Shown piece after piece: positions 29,905-38,570 of a stretch of DNA of 64,000 nt. The first letter of the stretch is position 1, and the number at the start of each line of letters is the position of its first letter. Origin of the DNA: Candidatus Bathyarchaeota archaeon (GTDB lineage: Archaea; Thermoproteota; Bathyarchaeia; Bathyarchaeales; Bathycorpusculaceae); the NCBI GenBank assembly GCA_963826715.1, contig CAWGYA010000002.1, forward strand, positions 472,263 through 536,262. Direction: 5' to 3'. The translations under genes and the position numbers were made by a program. The notes below the pieces were generated by a model. The model saw nothing but the letters and a program-made list of their open reading frames with translations, had not been told where the DNA came from and searched no databases.

Positions 29905-30783
29905 ATGGACATTACGGCACCAACAATCATTTTAACCTTAATCTGGGGTCTAGCTATTGGTTGCGTTTACATCTTACTGGCAACAGGGTTAAACATAATT
30001 TTTGGCGTCATGAAACTCGTGAACTTTGCGCATGGACAACTACTTATGATAGGCGCATATCTAACCTGGACGATAACATATTCTGTTGGATTAAATGCTT
30101 ACGCATCAATTCTCGTCTCGATGCTAATTGTCGCATTAATAGGGGTAGCAGTAGAGCGATTAACTTTCCGCAGAGTTCTGGGGGGAGATAAACTTAATGA
30201 GATATTTGTGAGTCTGGGTTTAATTTACATTTTTGAAAATGCAGCCATGTTAATTTGGGGAGCAAATTCAAAACAAATTGCAAGTCCATTAAGTGGCATG
30301 AGTTTAGCTTTACCCAGTATATCAATAACTTATGATAGGATAGTCGCGGTATTCGTAGTTGTTGCTACATTAATTGCGTTTGGGTTGCTTATACAGAAAA
30401 CAAAAATTGGCTTAGCCATGCGAGCGACTAGCCAAAGAAACAGTACTGCCATGCTTATGGGCATTAATGTTGAAACAATTTATATGCTAACCTTCGCAAT
30501 CGGTGCAGCTTTAGCAGGTGTTGCTGGAGGATTATACGGCATCATATTTTCATTTGATTACCAGGTTGGTGCCCTACCAACAATCATTGCCTTTGCCATA
30601 ATCATACTTGGAGGATTAGGAAGTATAAAGGGCGCCATAATTGGAGGCTTACTCTACGGGATCGTTGAACAACTTGCAACTTTATTCTTAGGTGGCGTTT
30701 GGGGAAGCGCAGTTGCATTTGCAATGCTCATAGTTGTTCTCATCATAAGGCCCAACGGAATATTTGGAGAAAAAGGAGAATAA
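29905..30783 (+). CDS. livH: HAAT ABC permease
   Basis: GLNIIFGVMKLVNFAHG, GLAMRA, GGLGS, RPNGIFG. Confidence 0.92.
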   Translation: MDITAPTIILTLIWGLAIGCVYILLATGLNIIFGVMKLVNFAHGQLLMIGAYLTWTITYSVGLNAYASILVSMLIVALIGVAVERLTFRRVLGGDKLNEIFVSLGLIYIFENAAMLIWGANSKQIASPLSGMSLALPSISITYDRIVAVFVVVATLIAFGLLIQKTKIGLAMRATSQRNSTAMLMGINVETIYMLTFAIGAALAGVAGGLYGIIFSFDYQVGALPTIIAFAIIILGGLGSIKGAIIGGLLYGIVEQLATLFLGGVWGSAVAFAMLIVVLIIRPNGIFGEKGE

Positions 30784-30785
30784 AA

Positions 30786-31889
30786 ATGCAAATTAAACAG
30801 TCACTAACATCATTTTTACGCTCCAAAGGCTTCCAAATTATGCTAGCCGCATTCGCTATCTTAGCTATAATTCCAATACTTGCTAACAACACCTTTTTTC
30901 TCTATGTCTTCACCCTAATCTTTGTATTCGCAATTTACGCTTCAAGCTGGAATTTATTAGCAAACTCTGGTCAAGGTTCTCTTGGTCATGCGGCTTTCTT
31001 AGGCATTGGCGGTTTTGCGTCAGCACTAATTGGGGGATCTATCTCATCAGCCGTAATAGTTAGCTTAGATGTAATAAAAATGCCAATTGGCGTTTTGTCT
31101 GTTTTAATTCAAATTGTGGTGATTCTTCTTGGGGGCTTGCTTTCAGCAGGTGTAGGTCTTTTAATAGGTTTAGCTTGCGTGAGGCTGAAAGCGTGGTATC
31201 TCGCGATGGTAACTTTCGGTTTCTCTGTTATCGCAAGTACTTTGTCTAGCCAGCTAGATTTTGTCACCAATGGAATAAACGGTTTTGCCCCACCAACGTT
31301 GGTGCCTAATGGATACCCATTCTATATTCTTGTCATCTCATTTGCTGTTGCCTCAATAACAGCGATGTCTTTGATTATGAAATCACCTATGGGTTTAGCA
31401 TTCCGAGCAATACATGGAAACGAGGCTGAAGCAAAAATGATCGGAATAAACACCGCAAAATACAAACTCATCGCATTTGTCATTAGCACTTTCTTTGCAG
31501 GTATCGCTGGTGGTTTATACGCGTTTTTTATTAGATTTATTCAAAATGATATTTTCTCACCTGCCAACTCTTTTTTGCCGTTGATAATGACCGTAATCGG
31601 GGGCTTAGGAACAGTTTCTGGACCCATAATCGGCGCTGTTTTCCTTGTTTCTCTTCAGCAGACGTTAGTGCTTCCCAGTGTTGTTGAGTCCTTGCGATCA
31701 TCTCTTGGCGCTTACTTCCCAGGAGTAAGCAATGTTGGACCCCCAATAGCGTATTTAACAATAGGCATAATCCTGGTATTGATCGTCATTTTCATGCCGA
31801 AAGGATTGGTTTCAGTACCTAACAAACTTAAAGGCCTAAGTCTTCGGCTTACCAAACTTTATGACCGAATGACAAAAAAAACCAGTTGA
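30786..31889 (+). CDS. livM: HAAT ABC permease
   Basis: GQGSLGHAAF, YLAMVT, GLAFRAI, PKGL; ATG 30786 is the likely start. Confidence 0.9.
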   Translation: MQIKQSLTSFLRSKGFQIMLAAFAILAIIPILANNTFFLYVFTLIFVFAIYASSWNLLANSGQGSLGHAAFLGIGGFASALIGGSISSAVIVSLDVIKMPIGVLSVLIQIVVILLGGLLSAGVGLLIGLACVRLKAWYLAMVTFGFSVIASTLSSQLDFVTNGINGFAPPTLVPNGYPFYILVISFAVASITAMSLIMKSPMGLAFRAIHGNEAEAKMIGINTAKYKLIAFVISTFFAGIAGGLYAFFIRFIQNDIFSPANSFLPLIMTVIGGLGTVSGPIIGAVFLVSLQQTLVLPSVVESLRSSLGAYFPGVSNVGPPIAYLTIGIILVLIVIFMPKGLVSVPNKLKGLSLRLTKLYDRMTKKTS

Positions 31890-31905
31890 GGAAGCAGAAA
31901 TCGAT

Positions 31906-32268
31906 ATGAAAGGAACAGATCATTTTGCCGAAGCGCTAGGAATTGAAGTACTGGAATCAAAAGATGGCTATGCAAAAGTCTGCATGAAAGTAGAAAGGGT
32001 CCACACTAACGCATTGGGTTTTACTCACGGGGGTGCAGTTTTTTCCTTGGCGGACTACGCTTTTGCATTGGCTTGCAACTTTGGAGACAACGTAGCCGTT
32101 GCGGTACAAGTGGACATTAAGTTTTTAAAACCTACAGTTGAAGGCGACATCTTAACTGCAGAAGCAACAAAAGTTTCTGAAGGTAAGACCACGGGACTTT
32201 ATCATGTTATGGTTTTGAAAGAAGAAAAAACCGTTGCAGTTTTTTCAGGTCTGGCTTTCAAAAAATAA
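31906..32268 (+). CDS. paaI: PaaI-family hotdog acyl-CoA thioesterase
   Basis: HTNALGFTHGGAVFSLAD. Confidence 0.9.
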   Translation: MKGTDHFAEALGIEVLESKDGYAKVCMKVERVHTNALGFTHGGAVFSLADYAFALACNFGDNVAVAVQVDIKFLKPTVEGDILTAEATKVSEGKTTGLYHVMVLKEEKTVAVFSGLAFKK

Positions 32269-32353
32269 GGTTCTAAAGGATCTAACTAAAACTGTAAAAA
32301 GGCTAACAATCCGCCAACAATATTTTTATGTCAGACTCCAACCTACAGTTATT

Positions 32354-32426
32354 GCTGGGGTGGCCGAATGGTTCAGGCGGTAGCCTGCAGAGCTGCTCTA
32401 TATGGGTTCAATTCCCATCCCCAGCT
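32354..32426 (+). tRNA. tRNA-Cys(GCA), intronless; integration target
   Basis: GCTGGGG/CCCCAGC acceptor stem with T discriminator, GTAGC-CT-GCA-GA-GCTGC anticodon arm, ATGGG-TTCAATT-CCCAT T-arm. Confidence 0.95.
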
Positions 32427-32452
32427 TTTTAGTCCCATCCACATAGTTTCAA

Positions 32453-33586
32453 TCATTTAGGCTTCTTGAAGATTTTTCCACCATCATTGTATTCGCCTGT
32501 AACGTAGTTGAAGCCATCTTCAATGAGGTCACATGCTTCCTTAACGTTAGTTGCTACTTTGCAGATGAATTGGTCATCTTCTTTGAATGGAAGTAGCTGA
32601 GTGTAAATCAATGTGTTCTTGATGTTCTTGTGACCAAGCAATTTCATAACGTAAAGAATGTCTTTGGTTCTATGGTATTCCATGGTTGCTTTCCAGTGGC
32701 GGAATGTGTGGAAAGTTATTTGTTTAATTCGTGGGTTTTGTAGTTTTACTGCTAAGGTTTTTCTTTGTTTGTAGTAGCTTGCGGCAAATCCGTTGAGTTC
32801 ATATGAACCGAACACTCTTGTGCTGTCTTTCTTCTGCGTTAGTATCATAGCTAAGAGTTTCTCTGAAATCTTGCATACTCTGGGGTTGCTTCCTTTCTCA
32901 GGATTGTTCACTCTTATTACTCTGTTGTCAATGTCTATGTCTTTCCATTCTACGTGCCATGCTTCTCCAGCTCTAATTGCTGTCTCTTTTAGCAGTTGCA
33001 GAAAGGTTGCTGTTTTTCTTCCGCATCCAGCGATTAGGTCATTGATTTCTTGCTCTTTAGGTATGAATGGGATTTTCTCAATTCTGCGGTATCGTGGTGG
33101 TTGCCAAGAAGAGTTATGCATTAGTAGAAAGTTTGTGTATGCATCTACGGCGTTTTCTTTTCTGCCTTCGCTCCATTGTTGGTTTGCAATCGTTTCTTTT
33201 ACTGACTCTGGGTTGGTTAGTACTGCTCCTCTCTGCCACAGTATTCTTAGAAGTTTTGATTCTCCTTTTGCTGTGTTTTCTTTTAGTCCTTGTTTGCGCA
33301 GATAGATAGCGAATTGTATCAGCTCTATTCTAGTGTCTGCAAATTGGAGTTCTCCCACAGTTTTGGTTTCTGTGGTAGATACCAAATTTTCCACCTGTAT
33401 TTTGGCGCATATTTGGTTGGTCCTATCTTCTGGTCCACTTCTTAATAGTTTTTTTGTAAAGTTACTGTATCTATAACCACATTTTCTGCAGAGCCAACGC
33501 TGAGTTCTTCTCTTTGTGTATCCGTCACGGTATGCTCTCTTTGAACCGCATTGTGGACACTTGACTTCAGCGTTAACTTCCAGCAT
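32453..33586 (-). CDS. int: Tyrosine integrase with N-terminal Zn ribbon
   Basis: CPQCG..CRKCG; TAIRAGE, EKG, HTFRH, LGH, TLIY. Confidence 0.93.
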   Translation of the reverse strand: MLEVNAEVKCPQCGSKRAYRDGYTKRRTQRWLCRKCGYRYSNFTKKLLRSGPEDRTNQICAKIQVENLVSTTETKTVGELQFADTRIELIQFAIYLRKQGLKENTAKGESKLLRILWQRGAVLTNPESVKETIANQQWSEGRKENAVDAYTNFLLMHNSSWQPPRYRRIEKIPFIPKEQEINDLIAGCGRKTATFLQLLKETAIRAGEAWHVEWKDIDIDNRVIRVNNPEKGSNPRVCKISEKLLAMILTQKKDSTRVFGSYELNGFAASYYKQRKTLAVKLQNPRIKQITFHTFRHWKATMEYHRTKDILYVMKLLGHKNIKNTLIYTQLLPFKEDDQFICKVATNVKEACDLIEDGFNYVTGEYNDGGKIFKKPK

Positions 33587-34218
33587 TTGAATCGATTACA
33601 ATATAATAGTTGAATCAGGTAAGAACTTGGCTATCATATCTAACTATGCTATTGACGTGGTTGATACATTTCTCGTATGTTGAAACACACTATGTTGAAT
33701 GTGAAGAAGACTAAAGCACAGAAGCTCCAACTCAATCACAGAAACAGCTAATCAAGTTAACACTTCCCGAAAAGGTGAGATGAAAAAGATGAGGTATGCA
33801 CATGAAATGTTAGACTGTGTAAACCAAATTAGCGATTCATTTCAGCGAGTAGAATTTTGCATTTGATTAATAGCCTTTTTGAGACTTGTTTGACCGTTTC
33901 TGTTTTTGTGTTGCAACGATTAGTTTACAGGTTGAAAATTGTTCAGTTTAGAAAGCATCAAAAGCGTCTTTTTTGCAATTTTTACTCTTCGAATTGAGCT
34001 TTAAAATTCTAATACAGAATAAAATCGATGCTAAGGGCGAATTTTAGTTCAGAATCACAGTCATAATTTACAATTATGGCAAAATTGCCGAGCTTTAGAA
34101 ACACAAATAGGCAAAAAATCAATTTTACAGACTTTTTACCACTCACAACCTACCCTAAACGCCTTCAAAATCTGTGTTTAGCGCAGTTTCGATATTTTCT
34201 GAAAATACCTCTTTTTTA

Positions 34219-34737
34219 TCAGTAACTATCATTGGACAGCACTCGCCTCATCAGCATTCTTTTCCTTGCTTTTTCTAAGGCTTCCTGTGGAGTCATTTTA
34301 TCAGCTTCAAAACTCACTTTTCTAACGATGAACACTGAAGAATGCAATAGTTTTACAAGTTGAGGAAAGCTTCGATTTACTTTGCTTATAGTAATCTCTC
34401 CTGTTGGAGAACATGTGAGCCTTGCGCCATAACAATAACGCACTTTCGATTTTATGCCGTACTTTGACCGTGGATGCACAATTAGGTCAAAGTAATCAGT
34501 AGCTTCAGGAGAGTTACCGTACCGTTGATTATACCTCTTCATTGCCGTGTAGATTTCTATAAAGTGTGGAAGCTCCGAAAACTTCTGAACTGTGATGAAC
34601 CGCTTAGGGTACATGTGGGGTTTTCGCTTAAGTGTTGAAGCGATGTGATGCCAAGTCTGATTTACACCGCTTGCAACTAACCATATACTCATGCTTGCAT
34701 TGTCATAGTCTTCTTGAAAGCTACTCATTGGTTTCAC
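34219..34737 (-). CDS. Hypothetical basic protein
   Basis: 172-aa ORF in operon. Confidence 0.65.
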   Translation of the reverse strand: MKPMSSFQEDYDNASMSIWLVASGVNQTWHHIASTLKRKPHMYPKRFITVQKFSELPHFIEIYTAMKRYNQRYGNSPEATDYFDLIVHPRSKYGIKSKVRYCYGARLTCSPTGEITISKVNRSFPQLVKLLHSSVFIVRKVSFEADKMTPQEALEKARKRMLMRRVLSNDSY

Positions 34738-34740
34738 CGT

Positions 34741-35820
34741 TTAGTCAGGGACATCGATGTATAGTGTTTCTTTTTCTCTATGTGTTAATCTGCTCATTTT
34801 ACCCCTTTTCGGTGGCTTTGATACTAATCCTTGAACCCTTGTGTATCGACAGTGAACTTTGTCGTCTTCTATTTTTAGGAATTGAGGACACTTAACACAT
34901 GTTTGTAGGTTTACTTGACTACCTTTTTTATGAGTAGCTCCTTTTCCATGTGGGCAGTGAACAAAGATAGCAGTTGGATAGAGTTTACATTGAATTCTAA
35001 AGCCTTTAACACTTAGATACTCTGGGCATAGGCGACATTCAGCGACATCTATGCCATTGCTTAAGCAGTTCACATTGAGTCTTTGGGAGTAATGTCTTCT
35101 TTCTATACCTAAACAATCGACCTTTAAACCAAGTTTTTTAGTCTTGATTGAATCTTCGTAAAGCCATCTTAAGCAAGGGGTATGCAAGGTTTCTTCTTTA
35201 GGTTTCTTTGGTTTGCTGAATCTACAGGTGACGTATTCGCTCCCAACAGCTTTCGAGTGAGTGCAACAAATTTTCACTTTACTTGCATTTCTAGACTTGT
35301 GGAAGCCTTTGAAGAATTGACATCCGATTATCGTTCCATCGCTTTGTTGTTTTATGCACTGGTCTATTGTACAAGGTATCCCAGTTTTTGCGCAATTGAA
35401 GGAAAAAGGGAACTCTATGTTCAATTGTTTAGTCGGAAAGAGTTGAACTGTCTTCTCAGTTTTCTTGATTACCTTTCCACATTTAATATAGCCATTAGTT
35501 ACATCGATTGAATTAAAATAGAAACAGCGTGAACATTCGCTACTTTTAACGGATTCATGGTTTTTATCAGTACAATTAGTATAGAACTCGAGGAGTTTAA
35601 TGACGTCTGTAGCTTTGCAGATTAGTCTTGGTGGAATGTTGGGGTACTTAACAATACCACAGAAGTATTCGCATGCCTTGCAGTGTTTTGTATTAAAAAG
35701 AGCTCCAATGAATAGCTTGTTCAGATTTAATGGACACAAAACGTGAGATGCCTTTCCTGTTGTTGTAGTTACACATTCTTTGTGTTCTTGGAGTGTAGAT
35801 ATGTCGTCTAAAATTTCCAT
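34741..35820 (-). CDS. Cys-rich protein with ~5 tandem C4 metal-binding modules
   Basis: Repeated C-x(n)-CxxCx(1-2)[YF]-x(n)-[IV]xC units; AAGGAG RBS. Confidence 0.75.
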   Translation of the reverse strand: MEILDDISTLQEHKECVTTTTGKASHVLCPLNLNKLFIGALFNTKHCKACEYFCGIVKYPNIPPRLICKATDVIKLLEFYTNCTDKNHESVKSSECSRCFYFNSIDVTNGYIKCGKVIKKTEKTVQLFPTKQLNIEFPFSFNCAKTGIPCTIDQCIKQQSDGTIIGCQFFKGFHKSRNASKVKICCTHSKAVGSEYVTCRFSKPKKPKEETLHTPCLRWLYEDSIKTKKLGLKVDCLGIERRHYSQRLNVNCLSNGIDVAECRLCPEYLSVKGFRIQCKLYPTAIFVHCPHGKGATHKKGSQVNLQTCVKCPQFLKIEDDKVHCRYTRVQGLVSKPPKRGKMSRLTHREKETLYIDVPD

Positions 35821-35839
35821 TTGTGTTAACTCCTTGTTG

Positions 35840-36574
35840 TTAACGGAAAACTGTGTATGTCTCTATGTTTGGGAGATAATCGGGGGTAATAATAATCGCC
35901 TTTCGGGTCGTGTGGCGTGACTTGAACAAGAAGGCATTAGCCCAGTTTGACTTGTGATATTCTTCAAAAATTAGTACGAGACCGCTATGCTGAGATGTGT
36001 CTCTGAATGCGTCTTCATCGATGTCTATCATTGCGTTTAGCTCGATAATCAATGATTTGATTTGCATCATTCCCATTAGGCTGTTTTTTGATGGACAAAA
36101 CCTTGCATGTTGATTACTTGAAAGTTCAAGTTCTCGGATGCTTTTGATTTCTTTCAACATGTCGTATTCGTGGTTTGGGTCAATCAATAGCACTGGGTTC
36201 TTGTCTTTTAGTGCTGGAATTAAGGTGTTTTTGACCCAGTAGCTTTTGCCACTGAGAGGTTTCCCAGTTAGGCACACTGGAACGCATTCATTCATGACTT
36301 TAGCTACTGTGACCATTTCTGTTGTTGGTTGGCTTTCAAGAAGATGATGAATAACAAAACCTGTGTCCTGAAACCCACATTCATGTGCTATAGTTTGCAA
36401 TTTGTTGTAATCTTCAGGTTTCAGCTTGACTAATGTTAATGCTCGTTGTACTGGTTCTTGGTTTGTCAGTATGGTATGTAGAGTTTCCGATATTGATAGT
36501 TGACCTGTAGAATTTTGGATTGCTCGAAGAGCTTGAAGGTCTTCTTTTAGAATCCTTGTGTGAGTTTCGCTCAT
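35840..36574 (-). CDS. RHH-like N-terminus fused to a minimal HerA/FtsK-like P-loop ATPase
   Basis: GKPLSGKS, LLIDPNHEY, LIFEEYH, SRH. Confidence 0.7.
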   Translation of the reverse strand: MSETHTRILKEDLQALRAIQNSTGQLSISETLHTILTNQEPVQRALTLVKLKPEDYNKLQTIAHECGFQDTGFVIHHLLESQPTTEMVTVAKVMNECVPVCLTGKPLSGKSYWVKNTLIPALKDKNPVLLIDPNHEYDMLKEIKSIRELELSSNQHARFCPSKNSLMGMMQIKSLIIELNAMIDIDEDAFRDTSQHSGLVLIFEEYHKSNWANAFLFKSRHTTRKAIIITPDYLPNIETYTVFR

Positions 36575-36602
36575 TAGTTAACCTCAAAAAAAGAAAAAAG
36601 AG

Positions 36603-36905
36603 TTAGAATAGAGGTTCTTGTCCTATTTCGTTTACTTCTTTTGCTTCTTGCTGGTTTTCTTGCTCAGGTTTTTGCTCTATAATATCTGCCTTAGCTCGGT
36701 TATTGAGATAGATATTGACTGTTGAGAAGTCTTGGCTTGGAAGCTGGTCAGCAAATGTACACCTAACACAGTCATCGTACGACTTGCATGTTTCATTGCA
36801 TGGATTTGGTGCGGTCAGATACGCTCCTGAGAATTTTCCACCTTTAATGCGCCACCTGAACGAATCTCGGTAACGGCAATCATTTAATTTTGACATGTTT
36901 TTCAC
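36603..36905 (-). CDS. Hypothetical Cys-containing protein
   Basis: 100 aa, GAGGTG RBS. Confidence 0.6.
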   Translation of the reverse strand: MKNMSKLNDCRYRDSFRWRIKGGKFSGAYLTAPNPCNETCKSYDDCVRCTFADQLPSQDFSTVNIYLNNRAKADIIEQKPEQENQQEAKEVNEIGQEPLF

Positions 36906-37083
36906 CTCTGTTGTTTTTTTGTGTTACATTGTGTAACTTTGTTTTCTGATGTGTTCATTTTTTTCTCTTTGTTCTTTTCGTTTTTTCTTGACACATTTTG
37001 TTTCGAGAAAGCTCTGGGGAGCAGTGCATGGTTGAAATCCTTGCTTGTATCTGCAAAAGATAGAGCAATCTGTTTTCAAAAAA

Positions 37084-37467
37084 TCAAACATTAGCATAGC
37101 TCCTTATTTTGTTGATAAGATTGGGATTTTTTCTACAACAGCGAATTGTTACAAGTAATTGCTTAACAATTGGAGCGATTCCTTGAGGGTTCATAATGAC
37201 TACTGTCTTGTCAAACTCCAAATTTCGCCTTGAACTCTCGACTTTGCCTGAAAATTTGTATCTGCTTTTGGAAAGGTCTTCAATTGTTAGAGTTGTTGTG
37301 GTGTTTTCTGAGTTGGAGTCAACTCTTGTGGCTTCCAGCATCATGGTCTTTTTCATATCGGAGTTGGTTATAGCACACTTTACGCTGTCATTTGGAACTC
37401 CGCTAACATCAGCGAAAGCTTTTATGATGTTTTGCTGAATCGATTCATCGAACAATTTTTGTTTCAC
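37084..37467 (-). CDS. Hypothetical protein
   Basis: 127-aa ORF co-oriented with the module. Confidence 0.55.
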   Translation of the reverse strand: MKQKLFDESIQQNIIKAFADVSGVPNDSVKCAITNSDMKKTMMLEATRVDSNSENTTTTLTIEDLSKSRYKFSGKVESSRRNLEFDKTVVIMNPQGIAPIVKQLLVTIRCCRKNPNLINKIRSYANV

Positions 37468-37501
37468 CTTTCGTTTTTCTTTGTTGCTTTTTCTTGTTGG
37501 T

Positions 37502-37552
37502 TTGAAGTTGGTGAGCGGAGTAAAAATCGCAAAAATGACTCACCAACTTCAA
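37502..37552. repeat. Perfect 14-bp inverted repeat with a 23-nt spacer
   Basis: TTGAAGTTGGTGAG ... CTCACCAACTTCAA. Confidence 0.8.
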
Positions 37553-38009
37553 TGGATGTGGTAGACCACAATTCATCATTGGGCAGTTTTTAAGTATAAA
37601 TGTGTTTTGGACAATTGTTGACACTAGACAGTGAGTGAGTAAACATTTGTTTTTAAAATTAGTCTGATACCTTACATTTTACTAGATTCTATTCCTGAGA
37701 AATTTTCAGAGAACGATGGAGCTAATGGTTGTGAGCATAAAAAAACAGCAAAAGCTTGGACTCAGCTCTTAGCAGACTGCCAATATCTGTTTTGATTATG
37801 TTGCTTTTTATAACCTATATTTTGCTTGGACTAGAATTGGCTTGAACTTGTGATTCTATCTTAGGTTGCTTTGTCGAATGCTTACTGGTGTTGATAGCTT
37901 ATGCATGTCTTCATACAGTAGTTGACTAACGATATCGAGTGGTGAGTAAACAAGGAATAGGAGTAGTCTTCTGCTACTGCTAATGGTTTAGCTGTCTGTG
38001 GTAGATTTC

Positions 38010-38570
38010 TCATTTTTCATTCCTCAACAATTCAGCTATTTTTTCATCGATGTGGGTTGTTCGAGAATACTGATAGGATAGTATAGCTTCATCTTCACTT
38101 ATTGAACCAAAGATTGTCATTGGCATTATTTCCCTAAAGTGTTGTTCGTGAATCCTCTGGTATGTAGCTGTTATGTTTACTATTTTCTTTATTTCTGATG
38201 GCTTTACTGCTCTTGCTATTATCAATGCTGAACTTTTGTGACCTAATGCTGAAGTACTGTAATATTGATGAAGCTCTTTCTTGCTTATGTTTAGCTCCAA
38301 CACTACTGGTCTACCGCCATGATTAACAGCTTTTGGATTTGGATTGCATTTGAATTCAGTGCAATGTTCTGTTTCTTCTCCTATCAATTTACTATAACAG
38401 TGTTCAAATGCGTAGATTGCGGAAGTCAATGCATTAGAAGTTACATGAACAACTGGAATTTTTGTTGAGTCTATATCATCTACTGTATTGAATGCGCTTA
38501 GTTCTGGTTGTATACCGTTCTTTCTTATGTCATCAAGCTCTACTGATGATATTCCTCTGTATACTTTCAT
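38010..38570 (-). CDS. ADP-ribosyltransferase-fold protein (Tpt1/KptA NAD-domain-like)
   Basis: VYRG..I..GI.P, VHVTS..A.YA, PVVLEL, VKPSEI pattern; ATGA coupling to the helicase gene. Confidence 0.6.
   Translation of the reverse strand: MKVYRGISSVELDDIRKNGIQPELSAFNTVDDIDSTKIPVVHVTSNALTSAIYAFEHCYSKLIGEETEHCTEFKCNPNPKAVNHGGRPVVLELNISKKELHQYYSTSALGHKSSALIIARAVKPSEIKKIVNITATYQRIHEQHFREIMPMTIFGSISEDEAILSYQYSRTTHIDEKIAELLRNEK

Noticed and set aside
32793-33309. Antisense ORFs over the integrase, and similar antisense ORFs over the hsd, ior, liv and BREX genes
   Set aside because: They lie opposite well-supported genes and carry no motifs
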